A DNA stretch of 60,562 nucleotides, the filler included, from Fonticula-like sp. SCN 57-25 (lineage: Eukaryota), in NCBI GenBank assembly GCA_001724245.1. It is 4 parts of 4 records of this genome, joined end to end, with 100 filler letters (N's around TTAATTAATTAA, not from the genome) between each part and the next. Parts side by side here need not be neighbours in the genome. Positions count along the whole stretch, not along the records: positions 1 to 15,062 come from MEDX01000146.1; 3 more parts are not named here. The stretch is one strand, 5' to 3'. The translations under genes and the position numbers were made by a program. The notes below the pieces were generated by a model. It saw only the letters and a program-made list of their open reading frames with translations, was not told the DNA's origin and did no database searches. Of this stretch, positions 1-10,972 are shown piece after piece (the first letter of the stretch is position 1; the number at the start of each line of letters is the position of its first letter).

Positions 1-373
1 AGAGCAGCATCGAGTACTCCGTTCAGCTCCCACCACACACGTATGCGTTCGACTTCCATGTCCGGGAAAAAGGGAAAGAAGGGAGAGACGTGTTGATGAC
101 GTTTTTGGAGTCTTAGAAGTCTGCCCTCAAATCCACCCCTGCTCACATTTTTTTCGGAACGATAATCCGGGGTGGAATCTGGGCATGATTCATTCAAATT
201 GCCTGGACGCTTCAGATGACAAGATGGCTCGCACGATGACAAGGGTATCTCTACGACGCGTTTCGCATGGTGACATGCGTACCGCTCCGACGCCTGAACA
301 ACGTGCTTGCATTTTTTGTACTTCTCTTTCCTATTCTTCAGCCTCATCAGCGTTGCCTGTTGACCTCATGGCT

Positions 374-575
374 TTCTGCGCGGCCACGAGAAAAACGCGC
401 GGGAAAGTGATGCTGGGATCCATTTTGAGTTGAAGAAGACGACTGAGCTGCGCCTTAATGCTTTTTTGCGTATCTAGCGGAATGGAGACATTGGTGCTTC
501 TTGCACCGTGCACGTCGGGAAACTATGCATGTGGAAAGACGTTCTGCGCCACTAGAAAAACGCGCGGGAAAATGA
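374..575. repeat. Dispersed ~35-bp direct repeat (374-410, 542-575) containing GCGCGGGAAA
   Basis: ttctgcgc(gg)ccac(g/t)agaaaaacgcgcgggaaa(g/a)tga occurs twice. Confidence 0.8.
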
Positions 576-1310
576 AGCCCGCCGCTGTGACCAAGTACGT
601 GTTCGATGAAGCGTCTGGCGAGGTGCATATAATTAACATTATGTGCAGTTGCATCAACTCGTCTTTTGGTTATGTCTTAGAAACAGGGACATCATCAACA
701 AACCACTGCACGGGCACTTCGGTGTCCGCGAGCGAAATGTCGCGCAAGGTCGCTTCCGGAAAGTGGCTGCGCAGCTCTGTCGACACGTTGTCCGGTAGCG
801 GCGCCGTGCCAAACGAAAAATCTCGCTAGCAGCGAGCGTGTCTGGCACGCGCCGGAGGGTGCGGAGTGGACGGCGCCAGATCACGCAGTAGAGCGGAAAG
901 CGACCGTCGGCTTGGCGAGGCAAAATCCTAATTAAAATAAAGCAGCGCAGCTTCTCGTTCCGGCCGAGGCTGTCGACGTCGGCGACGGTTTGGCGAAGGT
1001 TGCGATGCCTGTGCTCGATCTCAATGATGATTCGAGGGCACCCAGCAATGTAATCGCCATTGCTTCGGGCATTCCGAGCATGAATAGTATGCCTGAGACG
1101 CCGCTGTTTTGTGGAATTTTTATACTGAAATGGCTAATTCTGGTATGGCATTGGATACTGTAGTGCATTAATAAATTCCAACACCCCCATGCTATGCTAT
1201 GCAAGCGTTCCACAAGAGTGTGTGCCGTAGGCCGTGCAATATACCGGCACAGGGTGATTTCGCGCTTATTTTTCGATTTTTAAACCAATCAGATCAGTTC
1301 ACCATTTGAC

Positions 1311-1931
1311 ATGTCGGCGAGCGAGGACAGCGAAATGTATCAGTTTGGCCAGGTGTTCCTCAAGGGATCCGAGGTCTTTATGAAGACTACGTTATCCATG
1401 GCGTACGCAACACAAATGTTTATTAAGGAAAGCTCATTTTCTGTCAATAGCTTTGTTAATCTAAAGCCGATCGCCCCCGGTCGTACGTGCTGGACGTGAC
1501 CCCGGCGTGATCTAACCATGCTATAGATGTGCTGGTGATCCCTCGGCGTGTGGTGAAGCGTTTCGCTGACTTGACACCAGAGGAAGTCTCAGATCTTTTC
1601 CAATGCACTCAGCGAGTGGGCTCGCTGGTCGAGCGGGTGTACAAGGGGACATCGGTCACATACGCGATGCAGGATGGTCCCGAAGCCGGCCAGTCCATCT
1701 TTCATGTTCATGTGCACGTCATTCCTAGGCACAAGGGCGACTGGGGCAACAATGACGATATCTACAAAGAAGTACGCTCCTCGCCTCGTGGTGGCATTGA
1801 GCTAATTCGCGATTTCGCAGCTGGACGGCACCAAGCGTGCAGGCGTAGAGACCGACCGCCCTCCGCGCACGCTCGAAGTAATGGCTGCCGAGGCGGCCAT
1901 GCTGCGTTCCTCGCACGAGAGCATGAATTAG
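1311..1931 (+). CDS. FHIT: Fragile histidine triad / dinucleoside triphosphatase (HIT family), 4 exons
   Basis: Introns at 1403-1450, 1483-1526 and 1772-1820 give [19 protein letters not shown]...[20 protein letters not shown]...NDDIY...[11 protein letters not shown], with the HxHxH triad and an Fhit-type C-terminus. Confidence 0.92.
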
Positions 1932-2265
1932 ACCCGCTTTTGTACAGTATGCATGCCCTTTTAATATGTTGGTCAGAGTTGATCCCGTTCTCCCGAGGTC
2001 ATGACACGTGTAATCATGGTGACGTAAGCATGACGCCCCTGAAGTTGCCCACCCTACAAAAGGGCTCGGAACGCGCACCCGAGCGTCGTGCACGTTACGT
2101 TCCACCCCCACCCCCCTGCAACGAATAATTGTTCCCCGCTTTCCCCCTTTTTTCAACCCTTCGACGTAATTTCAAGTCAGCCCAGTATATCTCTTTGTAG
2201 ACGCTGGTGATCCGTGAACGATCCGTCTTTGCATCGCGTCGCCCTCTACTGTTTTATTCTTTCAG

Positions 2266-2538
2266 ATGGCGAACCCACTCCCGCAAGCGAGCTTTAAGCT
2301 ACTAGACCGCCTGGAGCAGTCGCGCACCCCCGACATCACCCTTGATCCGACCCACAACCCTGCCTCGGAAGGTGAGTGTGAAAAGATGGCGTGGGAGGGC
2401 TGTTCAGCCGTCGAGCATGCAAACTACAACATGCAGCGTATCGAGTTCGAGCGCCGCAAAGCAAAGCTCGCCGAGGCGCAGAAGGCGGCCGACAAGGCCG
2501 AGCAGGTCGGCAGCAACTCTGCCAAAGCAACAAAGTGA
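2266..2538 (+). CDS. Small hypothetical protein (90 aa) with a basic/Ala helical C-terminus
   Basis: Host-like GC3 codon usage. The ATG directly follows a pyrimidine-rich acceptor (ttattctttcag), suggesting a spliced 5' leader. Confidence 0.55.
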   Translation: MANPLPQASFKLLDRLEQSRTPDITLDPTHNPASEGECEKMAWEGCSAVEHANYNMQRIEFERRKAKLAEAQKAADKAEQVGSNSAKATK

Positions 2539-3090
2539 CGTCACTGCGCAACCGAGAAGCGCAATCAAGTCGAGTAACTCTTTCTCTCGTGCGAACGCTA
2601 TTTCTTAGCAGTAGTTGGAAAGGAACCTAGTATACTTTTCCGAGGCTGTCTGTACCAATACAATTGCAGCGAACAGTAAAACAACTTTGTGCCTTTGCTG
2701 ATCCAGTCGCTAGCACACGCGAGCAGATATGAAAAAAACCGCGCGAGCTAAAGCGCGCGGATCACACTGCCCATTCAGCCACACCAAAAAAGAGTGTGGC
2801 CTCTTTCAACAAAAGCCTCTAGTCCGTGCGACTCTTCTAGCGCTGTGCATCCCTGTCGGCAGTTGCAGTGCTTGTCGGCCTGTCGGCATGACGACCATTT
2901 CATGAGTCAGCAATGCATGACAAATTCGCTCAATTCGCTTGTTGATTGGTCAACGTCACAAGAAACAAACCACCGAAGTGGCCGCCCTTGCCGTCTTGGC
3001 GTTAAGCTTGTTGGGGCAGGCGTAACCCAGGACCTGGTGCAGGACGCAAGGCCCGCTCGGCTGGTGTCTCGATAGTTTCCTATTACTCCC

Positions 3091-5049
3091 ATGCGTTTAA
3101 TTTTTAGTGCCCTTTTACTGTTGTCGGTGGCGGGCCTCGCCTTGGCGGGCGATCCCCTCGCAACGTGGTGCGGCGAATCTGCCCTGGATGGCGTGTGCGT
3201 CCGCGCGATCGAGGACCCGGTCGGCACGATCACGTACACTGCGTTTAACAACGGCACGGTGCCCGCTCGGATTACGAGTTCTCTGTTGTTGAGCCCGATC
3301 AACGGCACGCTCCCGCTCCTCACGCTCATGACGCGACCGACGACGACGCGTCTTGTCGGCGAGCGGGCCCCATCGCCGGCGCAAACGCTGTGGCGGCTTC
3401 GCGTGCTCGTCCCCCCGCAGACGTCGGGCGCGATTTTTCTCCAGCTCTATTACAATACTGCCACGCGAAACATTACAGAGATCCAGTCGGCGCTCAACGT
3501 AACGTACGAGGCGGTGAGGCCAAAGTCGGGGACCGCGTGCAAGTTTGATGACAAGGGGATCGGCGCCGTGTGCGCACTCTTTGTGCCGAACGCGTGGTCG
3601 ACGCGCGTTACTATCTACTCGACGGTCCAGGCGTACACCGCCGTCCAGGTCTTGTTTTACGACTATGCGGGGTCGATCATCACGCGGTTTCACAACAACA
3701 CGTCACCGCTCGTCAGCGACGGGTGCAGGAGCCCGACTAACGTCCCCTACTGCGTACAGGAAAACTCTTTCTGCTGCCTCAAAACGCTGATACTCCGCGG
3801 TAACAACATCACGTACGACGTGGTCGCGTCGGAAGCCCCGCTCGACGACGAGTCCTTCCAACTGTCCACCTCGTGGCTCGTCGGCTGGGCCGGCGTCAGC
3901 CGCTTCTACTAGTGCGTTCAGCCTCTCCCGCGCCCCATCGCTACGCACACTCACCGCTCTTTTATAGCGATTTTCTGCTTGCCGAGATGCCCGCCAACAG
4001 CACTGCCCTGGCTAGCATTTCGGCGTCAATCGACCACCGCAACGCGGTCCGCTTCCCGCTCGCGGCAGGCACGCCGATCAACGCCGTGCTCACCCAGCGC
4101 GTCCTCTGGACCGGCAACTCGTCACTGACATTGGACGAAAGTGGTACGCAACCGCCTATTAAGCCTCTTATCTGTGTCTGACGCCGTGCGCAGGCCGCCA
4201 GGTCACTTTCCAGGTGCTGGACGGCACGACGCTGACCTACGATCCACTGTGCAATATTACGGCCTCGTACGGCGGCGACTGGATCTTTCCTAGTACGCCG
4301 CTTGCGTCTCTCGGCCCACCATACGCTAACACCTTCCCTTTAATCCAGATATGACTGTGGGCAGCGTGTGCCCCGACGCCGCACTGCAAATCACCCTGTA
4401 CGAGCATACGCCCGATTGGGACGAGTTTTGGCTGGACAGCGCCGGCTCGCTTCCCTATTCGACGAGCGCCGTTCTTCCGTTCTATGCGTTAAACTGTACG
4501 TATGGCGCGAGCTGGGCTGTCAACACATCGCTGTCTGGCCTGCCCGACAGCCTGCGGACGCACTGCCTGCTGAACCCGCTGGTGCCGCCGCCGACACCGA
4601 CGCCCGAGGCCGTGCTCATCGACCTCGGAAAGGACGGCGCGCTGTTTGCAGGCCTCCTCGTGGCGGGCACCATTGTCATCATGCTGGCCATCATCCTGTG
4701 CATCAACAGGTACAGGAAGCGACTCAAGCGGCTTGACCACCAGCCAGAGATCTCGGATAGCATCAGCCTCGTGCTCTCGGACGCGCGCATGAACATGTCG
4801 CTGCAGCAATCAAGCATGTCGACAGCGGGCGTTTCTCAGTCAGGAAGCAACGAGCAGCAGCCGGATTCAAAGTCGAAAATTTTGCCGACGCCAAACGGGT
4901 CGCCAAACCTCTCTACGCGCCCGTCGTCACTCAGCGTTGGGGGGGCCTCATCCGGGTCCTCTACGTCACCAAATGTATCTGGGTCACCTTCGTCGCCCAG
5001 ATCGCCTCGGTCGGCCGCTGCATCGTCACCCACTTCGGCCGCCAGCTGA
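3091..5049 (+). CDS. Type I membrane glycoprotein: signal peptide, ectodomain with a degenerate M23-like fold, single TM, Ser/Pro-rich tail
   Basis: Signal peptide MRLIFSALLLLSVAGLALA. Introns 3912-3967, 4144-4193 and 4293-4348 join the ORFs in frame. Many NxS/T sequons. TM GALFAGLLVAGTIVIMLAIILCI is followed by RYRKRLKR. Confidence 0.8.
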
Positions 5050-5356
5050 AAAAAGGCAGCGCAAAGCGCCTCACCACTCAAGAGGCATATATTATTAACC
5101 ATTTTGTGTTTCCATTATTATTCACCCGATTCATTTTTTGCTTCATTTCTCTTGTACAATCTTCATGTAGCGCGTAGTGTCCTCATCCCTGTCAATTATT
5201 CTAGAATATATTATAATATCCGTTCTGAAACAAAGGTTCTTTGATACAAATCCAGGCTCGATGCTATCCCACCTGCAGGGTTTCTTTGCGTCCGTCAAAT
5301 AATACAAACGCGGCTCTCTCGCCGCCACCAACACAGTCATCGCCTGATGCTCGTCA

Positions 5357-7697
5357 TCACTGGTTGATCGTGTCCGTGTCCTCCTCCTCGCGAACAAACT
5401 TTCTCTGGAATCTCTTTAGCGATCTACGGCGAGCGATTAGCAACTTGCGGGTCGACAGGTATCCTCGCGCGCACCTCTTGAGCGCATCGTCACGGTTGAC
5501 GTAGTGCACGATGATGCGCACGCCGACGGCGACGACGACCATGAGCACGACGGTGAGCATGATGACGACGAATGACGCGCACGAGATGGCGCCCACGTAG
5601 CAGTTGACGGGGCACGACGCCTCGTCGCTGAGGCACGTGCTCGACGCAGAGCACCACACGCACTTGTTCACCTCGCACGCCTCCTGCGCCGAGTACACGT
5701 AGCACGACGGCGTGTACGTAAACTCTACGGTTGTATCGTAGCTCGCTACAGGTCGCGCCAGCGTCAGCATTGGGCAAGAAAAAGCATAGTGCGCGTACAT
5801 TCACCCCCCGAGAGCGTCGTGACCATGACGGGCCCCGTCACGGACGAGGCCGACGGCGGCGTGATGCACGAGAGGTGCGAGCTCGATATGTACGTGAGAG
5901 AGTAGCGGCACGACTGACCGCCGACGACGACATCAAGCACGTCGGCCAGCGACTCGCCCAGCATGCCACCGCGAATCTCCACGACAGTGTAGCTCGTGGC
6001 AGAACCGGACTGTGGCGTCACGCTCGACACAACCGGCGCTAGAGACCAAAAAAAAGTCAGAACAAGGCGACCAGGGCGGCCAAAATGTACGCACGGTCAT
6101 CGTAGTGGAAAAAGGCGTTCATTGACGTCGAGCCGTCGCCGCCCGACAGCGTGGTCACGACGACGGGCCCGGAGGCCCCGCCCTCGCCACGCGGCGCCGT
6201 GATGCAAGTGATAAAGCTGCTGTTGTACCAGTTTGCGGACGACGTGCAGCTGTGCCCCGCGACGACGATGGTGGAGAGGTCGTCGGCGGACGTGCCGAGC
6301 GCCTCGCCGTGGATGTATATGAGGGTGCCGCCCGACGGCGGGCCGTGGTCCGGGGTGACCGTCTTGACAATCGGCAGCGGGTTGTACGTGTACGACGTCG
6401 TGCTGTCAGACGTGCCGCCCGAGATTGTTGTCACCACGACGGGCGCCGTCCGCGGTGTATCCGTCGGCTGCGTCACGCACGACAGCTCGCTGTTACTTTT
6501 GTACGTGATGCTCAGGCACGAGACGCCAGCCACAGTGATCGACTCGACGTCAACAAGGCTCGACCCAAGCGCGTTACCGAGGATGCTCAGCGTCGTGTTG
6601 CCAGTCATCGGGCCGTTTGTAGGGCTCACGCTCTCTACGTACGGGAGAGGGTTGTACGTGTACTGACCAGTACTCGTCCCGTTCCCGCCATAATACGTCT
6701 CAAGCACGACCACGCCGCGCGCATTCGTCGAGGCCTTGCCGGTAATGCACGTCACATGCGTGTTGTTCTGGTACGTAAACGCAGAGCAGGGCACGCCGGC
6801 CGCAGAGACGCTCTTGATGTCGTCGCGGCTCCCACCAAACGCTTTAGGATGTCAATGGCCAGAGAGAGAGAAATGGGGTAGGCGTACAGGAGCCGTAGAT
6901 TTTGAGCATGGTGTTGCCAGCCATCGGGCCCGACAGCGGAGAAAACGAAGAAATCTTGGGTTCTACACGTAGTTTAGCAACAATACGAGCGGGACTGCGG
7001 GCGTACGAGCAACATAGCGGTACGTGACGTTGGTGTTGGACACACCGCCAAGCTGAGCCGTCAGCTCAATGGGCATGCTTCCCTCACTGGACGTGGCGCC
7101 TGTAAGGCAGGAGACCCGTCCCATCGCGAGAAACTCCTTGATGTTGCCGCAAGGGACCGAACCGATCAAGATCGAGACGACGGAATCTGAGGCAGGCATG
7201 GCGACGCTGATCACAATGGTGGTGTTGCCCGAGTTCGGTCCAGCCGCAGGCTCCACAAGTGTAATAGTCGGGGATTTGTCATAGGTAAATTGTTCTGTCG
7301 AGGTGAGCGTTCCGTTGGAATTCGTCACAGTGACTGGCCCGCTGGTCGCCGTCGGCGATGCTCCCTACACGGGCCGCGGCGTGAGTTGCGAGCCAACGAA
7401 AGAAGCAGCAAAGGCATACCGTCACGCATGTAATCAGAGTCGGTTCAATGAATTCAAATGAAAAGCAATCGATGCCCGCGATGGTGACAGACAAAAGGTC
7501 GTCTGCACTCTGCGCCATACCCACCCCCACAATGTTGATCAGAGTGCCCTGAGACTGGGGGGCCCTCGTAGGGAGAAAAGAGTCGATGCCTAGCGCATGA
7601 TCAGAACAACACCGCACAGCATATAAAGCGACATACTTTGCGACAAGCTCACATGGAGCAAAGCAAGCAGGAACACTACCCGCGTCCACTGCCCCAT
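5357..7697 (-). CDS. Surface protein with six IPT/TIG repeats, a PSI-like Cys module and a single TM
   Basis: ATG at 7697 gives signal peptide MGQWTRVVFLLALLHVSLSQ. Repeats of PxVxxVxPxxGPxxGxTxxxIxGxxLG...C...C...GPVVVTTxSGG...YTY. Cys module CEVNKCVWCSASSTCLSDEASCPVNC. Hydrophobic TM and basic tail. Six short GT-AG introns. Confidence 0.85.
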
Positions 7698-7785
7698 GTT
7701 GATCCGTCACCTGACGGAGACTCTGCCGGCTCCTGTCACAATTGGCCACGTGGATTGCAAATACAAACGAAAATCACGGGCAGAG

Positions 7786-7799
7786 TCGCATGCGATTTT
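7786..7799. promoter_or_regulatory. TCGCATGCGA palindrome in the IPT-gene/PRP46 bidirectional promoter
   Basis: Core ends ~21 nt upstream of the PRP46 ATG; the same motif occurs at 32875 and 45414. Confidence 0.55.
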
Positions 7800-7816
7800 C
7801 GATTGGGCAAGGCAAG

Positions 7817-9392
7817 ATGGCGGCGGCGGTGACCAGCGAGGCGGACATTTTGAGCCGCGTGTCGCGGTCAGTGAAGCGGTCAAGAGACATGTTCCTGGCC
7901 GATTACGGGAGTGCCGTTGCAGAGGATGTTTTTAGGTACGTTTTTTTGCTTTGAATTCTCTTTGTTCTCCATGTCCCATTTGCATCGTTCTCACACGCGG
8001 TGGGCAGCCAACGGCTCAAGCTTACGGCAAAGATTTTGGAAGAGTACGCGCATGTGAGGGAGCTCCCTCCGGCGCTTCGCGCGGCGCGTCCTTCCACTGC
8101 TTCGGCGTCGGCGTCCTCGGCCGACGCGTCGCTTAGCGGGCTTATTGATCAGCTCCCAGTGTCGCAAAAGGCGGCTGCGGGCGGGCCGTCGGCATCCGCT
8201 GGCGCCATGGTGCTTGCGGCCGGCGTGGGCTCGCAGGCGCTGTCGACGATCGGTGCCGGTTCCGCCGCGTCGCAGGCGCTGATGAGGAATCCGCACGCGC
8301 ACAAGGTGCCAAAGCCAAAGTGGCACGCGCCGTGGAAGCTCATGCGTGTACGTTCCTTGGTTATTCTCCTGTCCGTCATTGACCCGTGCCGTTTCTCCAG
8401 GTTATTTCTGGTCACCTTGGCTGGGTGCGCTGCATTGCCGTTGACCCGACGAACGAATGGTTTGCGACCGGCTCGGCCGATCGCATGATCAAGGTGTGGG
8501 ATCTTGCGTCCGGCACGCTCAAGGTGTCGCTTACGGGCCACATCAATACAATTCGCGGGATCGCGATCAGCGACCGCCACCCGTACCTCTACTCTGTTGG
8601 CGAGGACAAGATGGCAAAGTGCTGGGATTTGGAGGTGAACAAGGTAATTCGCTCGTACCACGGCCACTTGAACGGTATCTACACTTGCGCCCTGCACCCC
8701 ACGTTAGACGTCTTCATCACGGCGGGCCGCGACGCGACCGTCCGCGTCTGGGACATTCGTAGCAAGCAGAGCATTCACGTGCTCACCGGCCACAAGAACA
8801 CGATCGCGTCAGTCGCGACTCAGGGCGCCGAGCCGCAGATCATCTCGGGAAGCATGGACCAGACCGTGCGCCTCTGGGACCTCGCCGCCGGCAAGTGCCG
8901 CACCGTCCTTACCAACCACAAAAAATCGGTTCGCTCCGTCCTCATCCACCCGACCGAGTACACCTTTGCCACCGCGTCGCCCGACAACATCAAGCAGTGG
9001 AAGTGCCCCGACGGCGACTTTCTCCAGAACCTCAGCGGCCACAACTCGATCGTCAACACGCTGGCCATCAACCAGGATGATGTCATGTTTTCTGGAGGTA
9101 CGGATCCATTGTTCGTTTTTTTTGCTGACTCATACTCGCAGCCGACAATGGCACGATGCACTTTTGGGACTGGAAGTCGGGCTACAACTTTCAGCAGGCG
9201 CAGACAAAGCCGCAGCCAGGGTCGCTGGAAAGCGAGGCGGGCATTTACGCGTCGACGTTTGACAAGTCTGGGGCGCGCCTGCTGACGTGCGAGGCTGACA
9301 AGACCATCAAGGTGTGGAAGGAGGACGAGTTTGCGACCGAGGAGACGCATCCGATCAGCTTCAAGGCGTCGCTCAAGCGCGCGCGCTACTAA
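7817..9392 (+). CDS. PRP46: WD40 splicing factor PLRG1/Prp46 (NTC complex)
   Basis: [53 protein letters not shown]...LESEAGIY...[23 protein letters not shown]; 3 introns. Confidence 0.96.
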
Positions 9393-9590
9393 CCAATTGT
9401 TTCATAATTCTTTTGTTTCCCTTTGTATTCCCTGTTCTTATGCAGACGCACACAAATCATTCTTGCCTAATTGCCCGAAAAATGCAAACATTACATATGA
9501 TCACGTGACAAAATGATGTCATGTCGATCTTCAATACACACGCCACCCCACCCAACCCGCCACTGCGGGATCGCGAGGATCTGCTGCGAG

Positions 9591-10742
9591 ATGGCGCGGT
9601 GGTGGCACATTGCAGGCCTAGCCGGTATTGCCGTGTTAGTAGTATGCGCGGCCACCATGTCCGCCGAAGTCTTTTTCGAGTGGCCCTTTCGTCTGATCGC
9701 CTATCCTGCGTTGATGCTCGTCGTGTGGCGCCTGGCGGAGCGCCTTGGCTCGCGCGCCGGGCGCAAGGAGTTTGAGGCAGAGTGCGACAAGATCGAAGGG
9801 AAAAAGGCTATGGTGTCGTCCGCGCCGTCGTCCTCGAAATCGACGCCTGCTATGCATGCGTTGCATTCGTCTTCTCCGCGTCAAGCGCATTCGACATCAA
9901 CAACCCCGCAGTCGTCGCAGCCGCCGTCGCCAAAGGAATCCGATGCCGAAGCTGCGTCGCCCAAGCACGATGCTGATGCCGTTCAGCCCGACTCTCCACC
10001 TGCGGAGCCTGCAGTTGCCGCCGCGGCGCCTCTTTCGCCTGCGGCGCCTCTTTCGCCCGTGACGCCCGCGATGGCGCACCGCGATCCCGCGCCGCTCGAC
10101 GCGAGCCAGTCGCTGCCAGGGCTCGGCCTCGCCGCTGGGGGGTCTTTTTCTGCAGAAAAGGGCGACACACCCGCACCAGCCGTTTCCTCTCCCAGTGCTT
10201 CTGCCGCTGCTGAGCCCGTGGACGGCGGTGCTATTATTGAAGGCTGCGCCGCCATGTCGACCAAAAAGGCACCCAAAGACATCCTCTATGTATGCACCAA
10301 ATGCCGTTATGCCATCAACGAGAAGCTGCACCTGTCGCCTACGGAGATCGCCGACATTGAGGATCTTGCGAGACCGTTTTCGTCGGGGCGCATTCTGTAC
10401 AACAATGTGGTGTACCGGCGGGACGAGCTCGTGGACCAGCACCGCGACGCCGGCCGCAGCGAGCAGGCGGAGCGCCTCGAGAAGCTTGTGATCGAGCCAG
10501 TGGACTGCCTGAGTACATGCTACAGGTCTATTGCCGTGGCGTACTCGTGCAGGGGAAAGTACACGTACCAGTTTGGCGATCTCGATCCGCAGACCGCCGC
10601 AGACAACGTCCTCGCGTTCGCAGAGCTCTACGTCAACTCGGAAACCGCCTTTTCAAAGAACAAGACAAGACCAGAGGGAATGCGGGACAATATTCTTGCT
10701 CGCGTGCCGCCAATTCCTCCGGAAGCCTTTGGCGACCTTTAG
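9591..10742 (+). CDS. Intronless membrane-anchored protein with a C-terminal DUF1636-like (thioredoxin-fold, Cys metal-binding) domain
   Basis: Two N-terminal hydrophobic segments and a Ser/Pro/Ala linker, then ILYVCTKC...PVDCLSTC...GKYTYQFGDLDP...LAFAELYVNS...RPEGMRDNILARVPP, matching the bacterial DUF1636 pattern as recalled. Confidence 0.8.
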   Translation: MARWWHIAGLAGIAVLVVCAATMSAEVFFEWPFRLIAYPALMLVVWRLAERLGSRAGRKEFEAECDKIEGKKAMVSSAPSSSKSTPAMHALHSSSPRQAHSTSTTPQSSQPPSPKESDAEAASPKHDADAVQPDSPPAEPAVAAAAPLSPAAPLSPVTPAMAHRDPAPLDASQSLPGLGLAAGGSFSAEKGDTPAPAVSSPSASAAAEPVDGGAIIEGCAAMSTKKAPKDILYVCTKCRYAINEKLHLSPTEIADIEDLARPFSSGRILYNNVVYRRDELVDQHRDAGRSEQAERLEKLVIEPVDCLSTCYRSIAVAYSCRGKYTYQFGDLDPQTAADNVLAFAELYVNSETAFSKNKTRPEGMRDNILARVPPIPPEAFGDL

Positions 10743-10948
10743 CCAGGGGCTTTAGAAACTCATTCACCTTGCACATTGTACACTACCGATTGTATCACCT
10801 ATAGACAAGCAGTCATTATCAACACAAGTCTCATGCTTTACAATAAATATTCATGCAGTTTTCTTTTACTTTGTCTGAGCCTTGTCGGACTTTTGGTAAG
10901 ACCTGGGTAAGATGCTCAAGCAAGATTTACTCAATCTGATTGCAAAAG

Positions 10949-10960
10949 TTGGCGGGAAAA
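10949..10960. promoter_or_regulatory. E2F-type site TTGGCGGGAAAA upstream of the ATM-like ATG
   Basis: The reverse complement TTTTCCCGCCAA matches the E2F consensus TTTSSCGC. Confidence 0.5.
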
Positions 10961-10972
10961 TCACTTATCCAC

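Noticed and set aside
6057..6100. Hydrophobic C-terminus (AYILAALVALF) suggesting a GPI-anchored short IPT protein
   Set aside because: It is translated intron sequence (GTGCGT...CTAG); the gene continues to a true TM.
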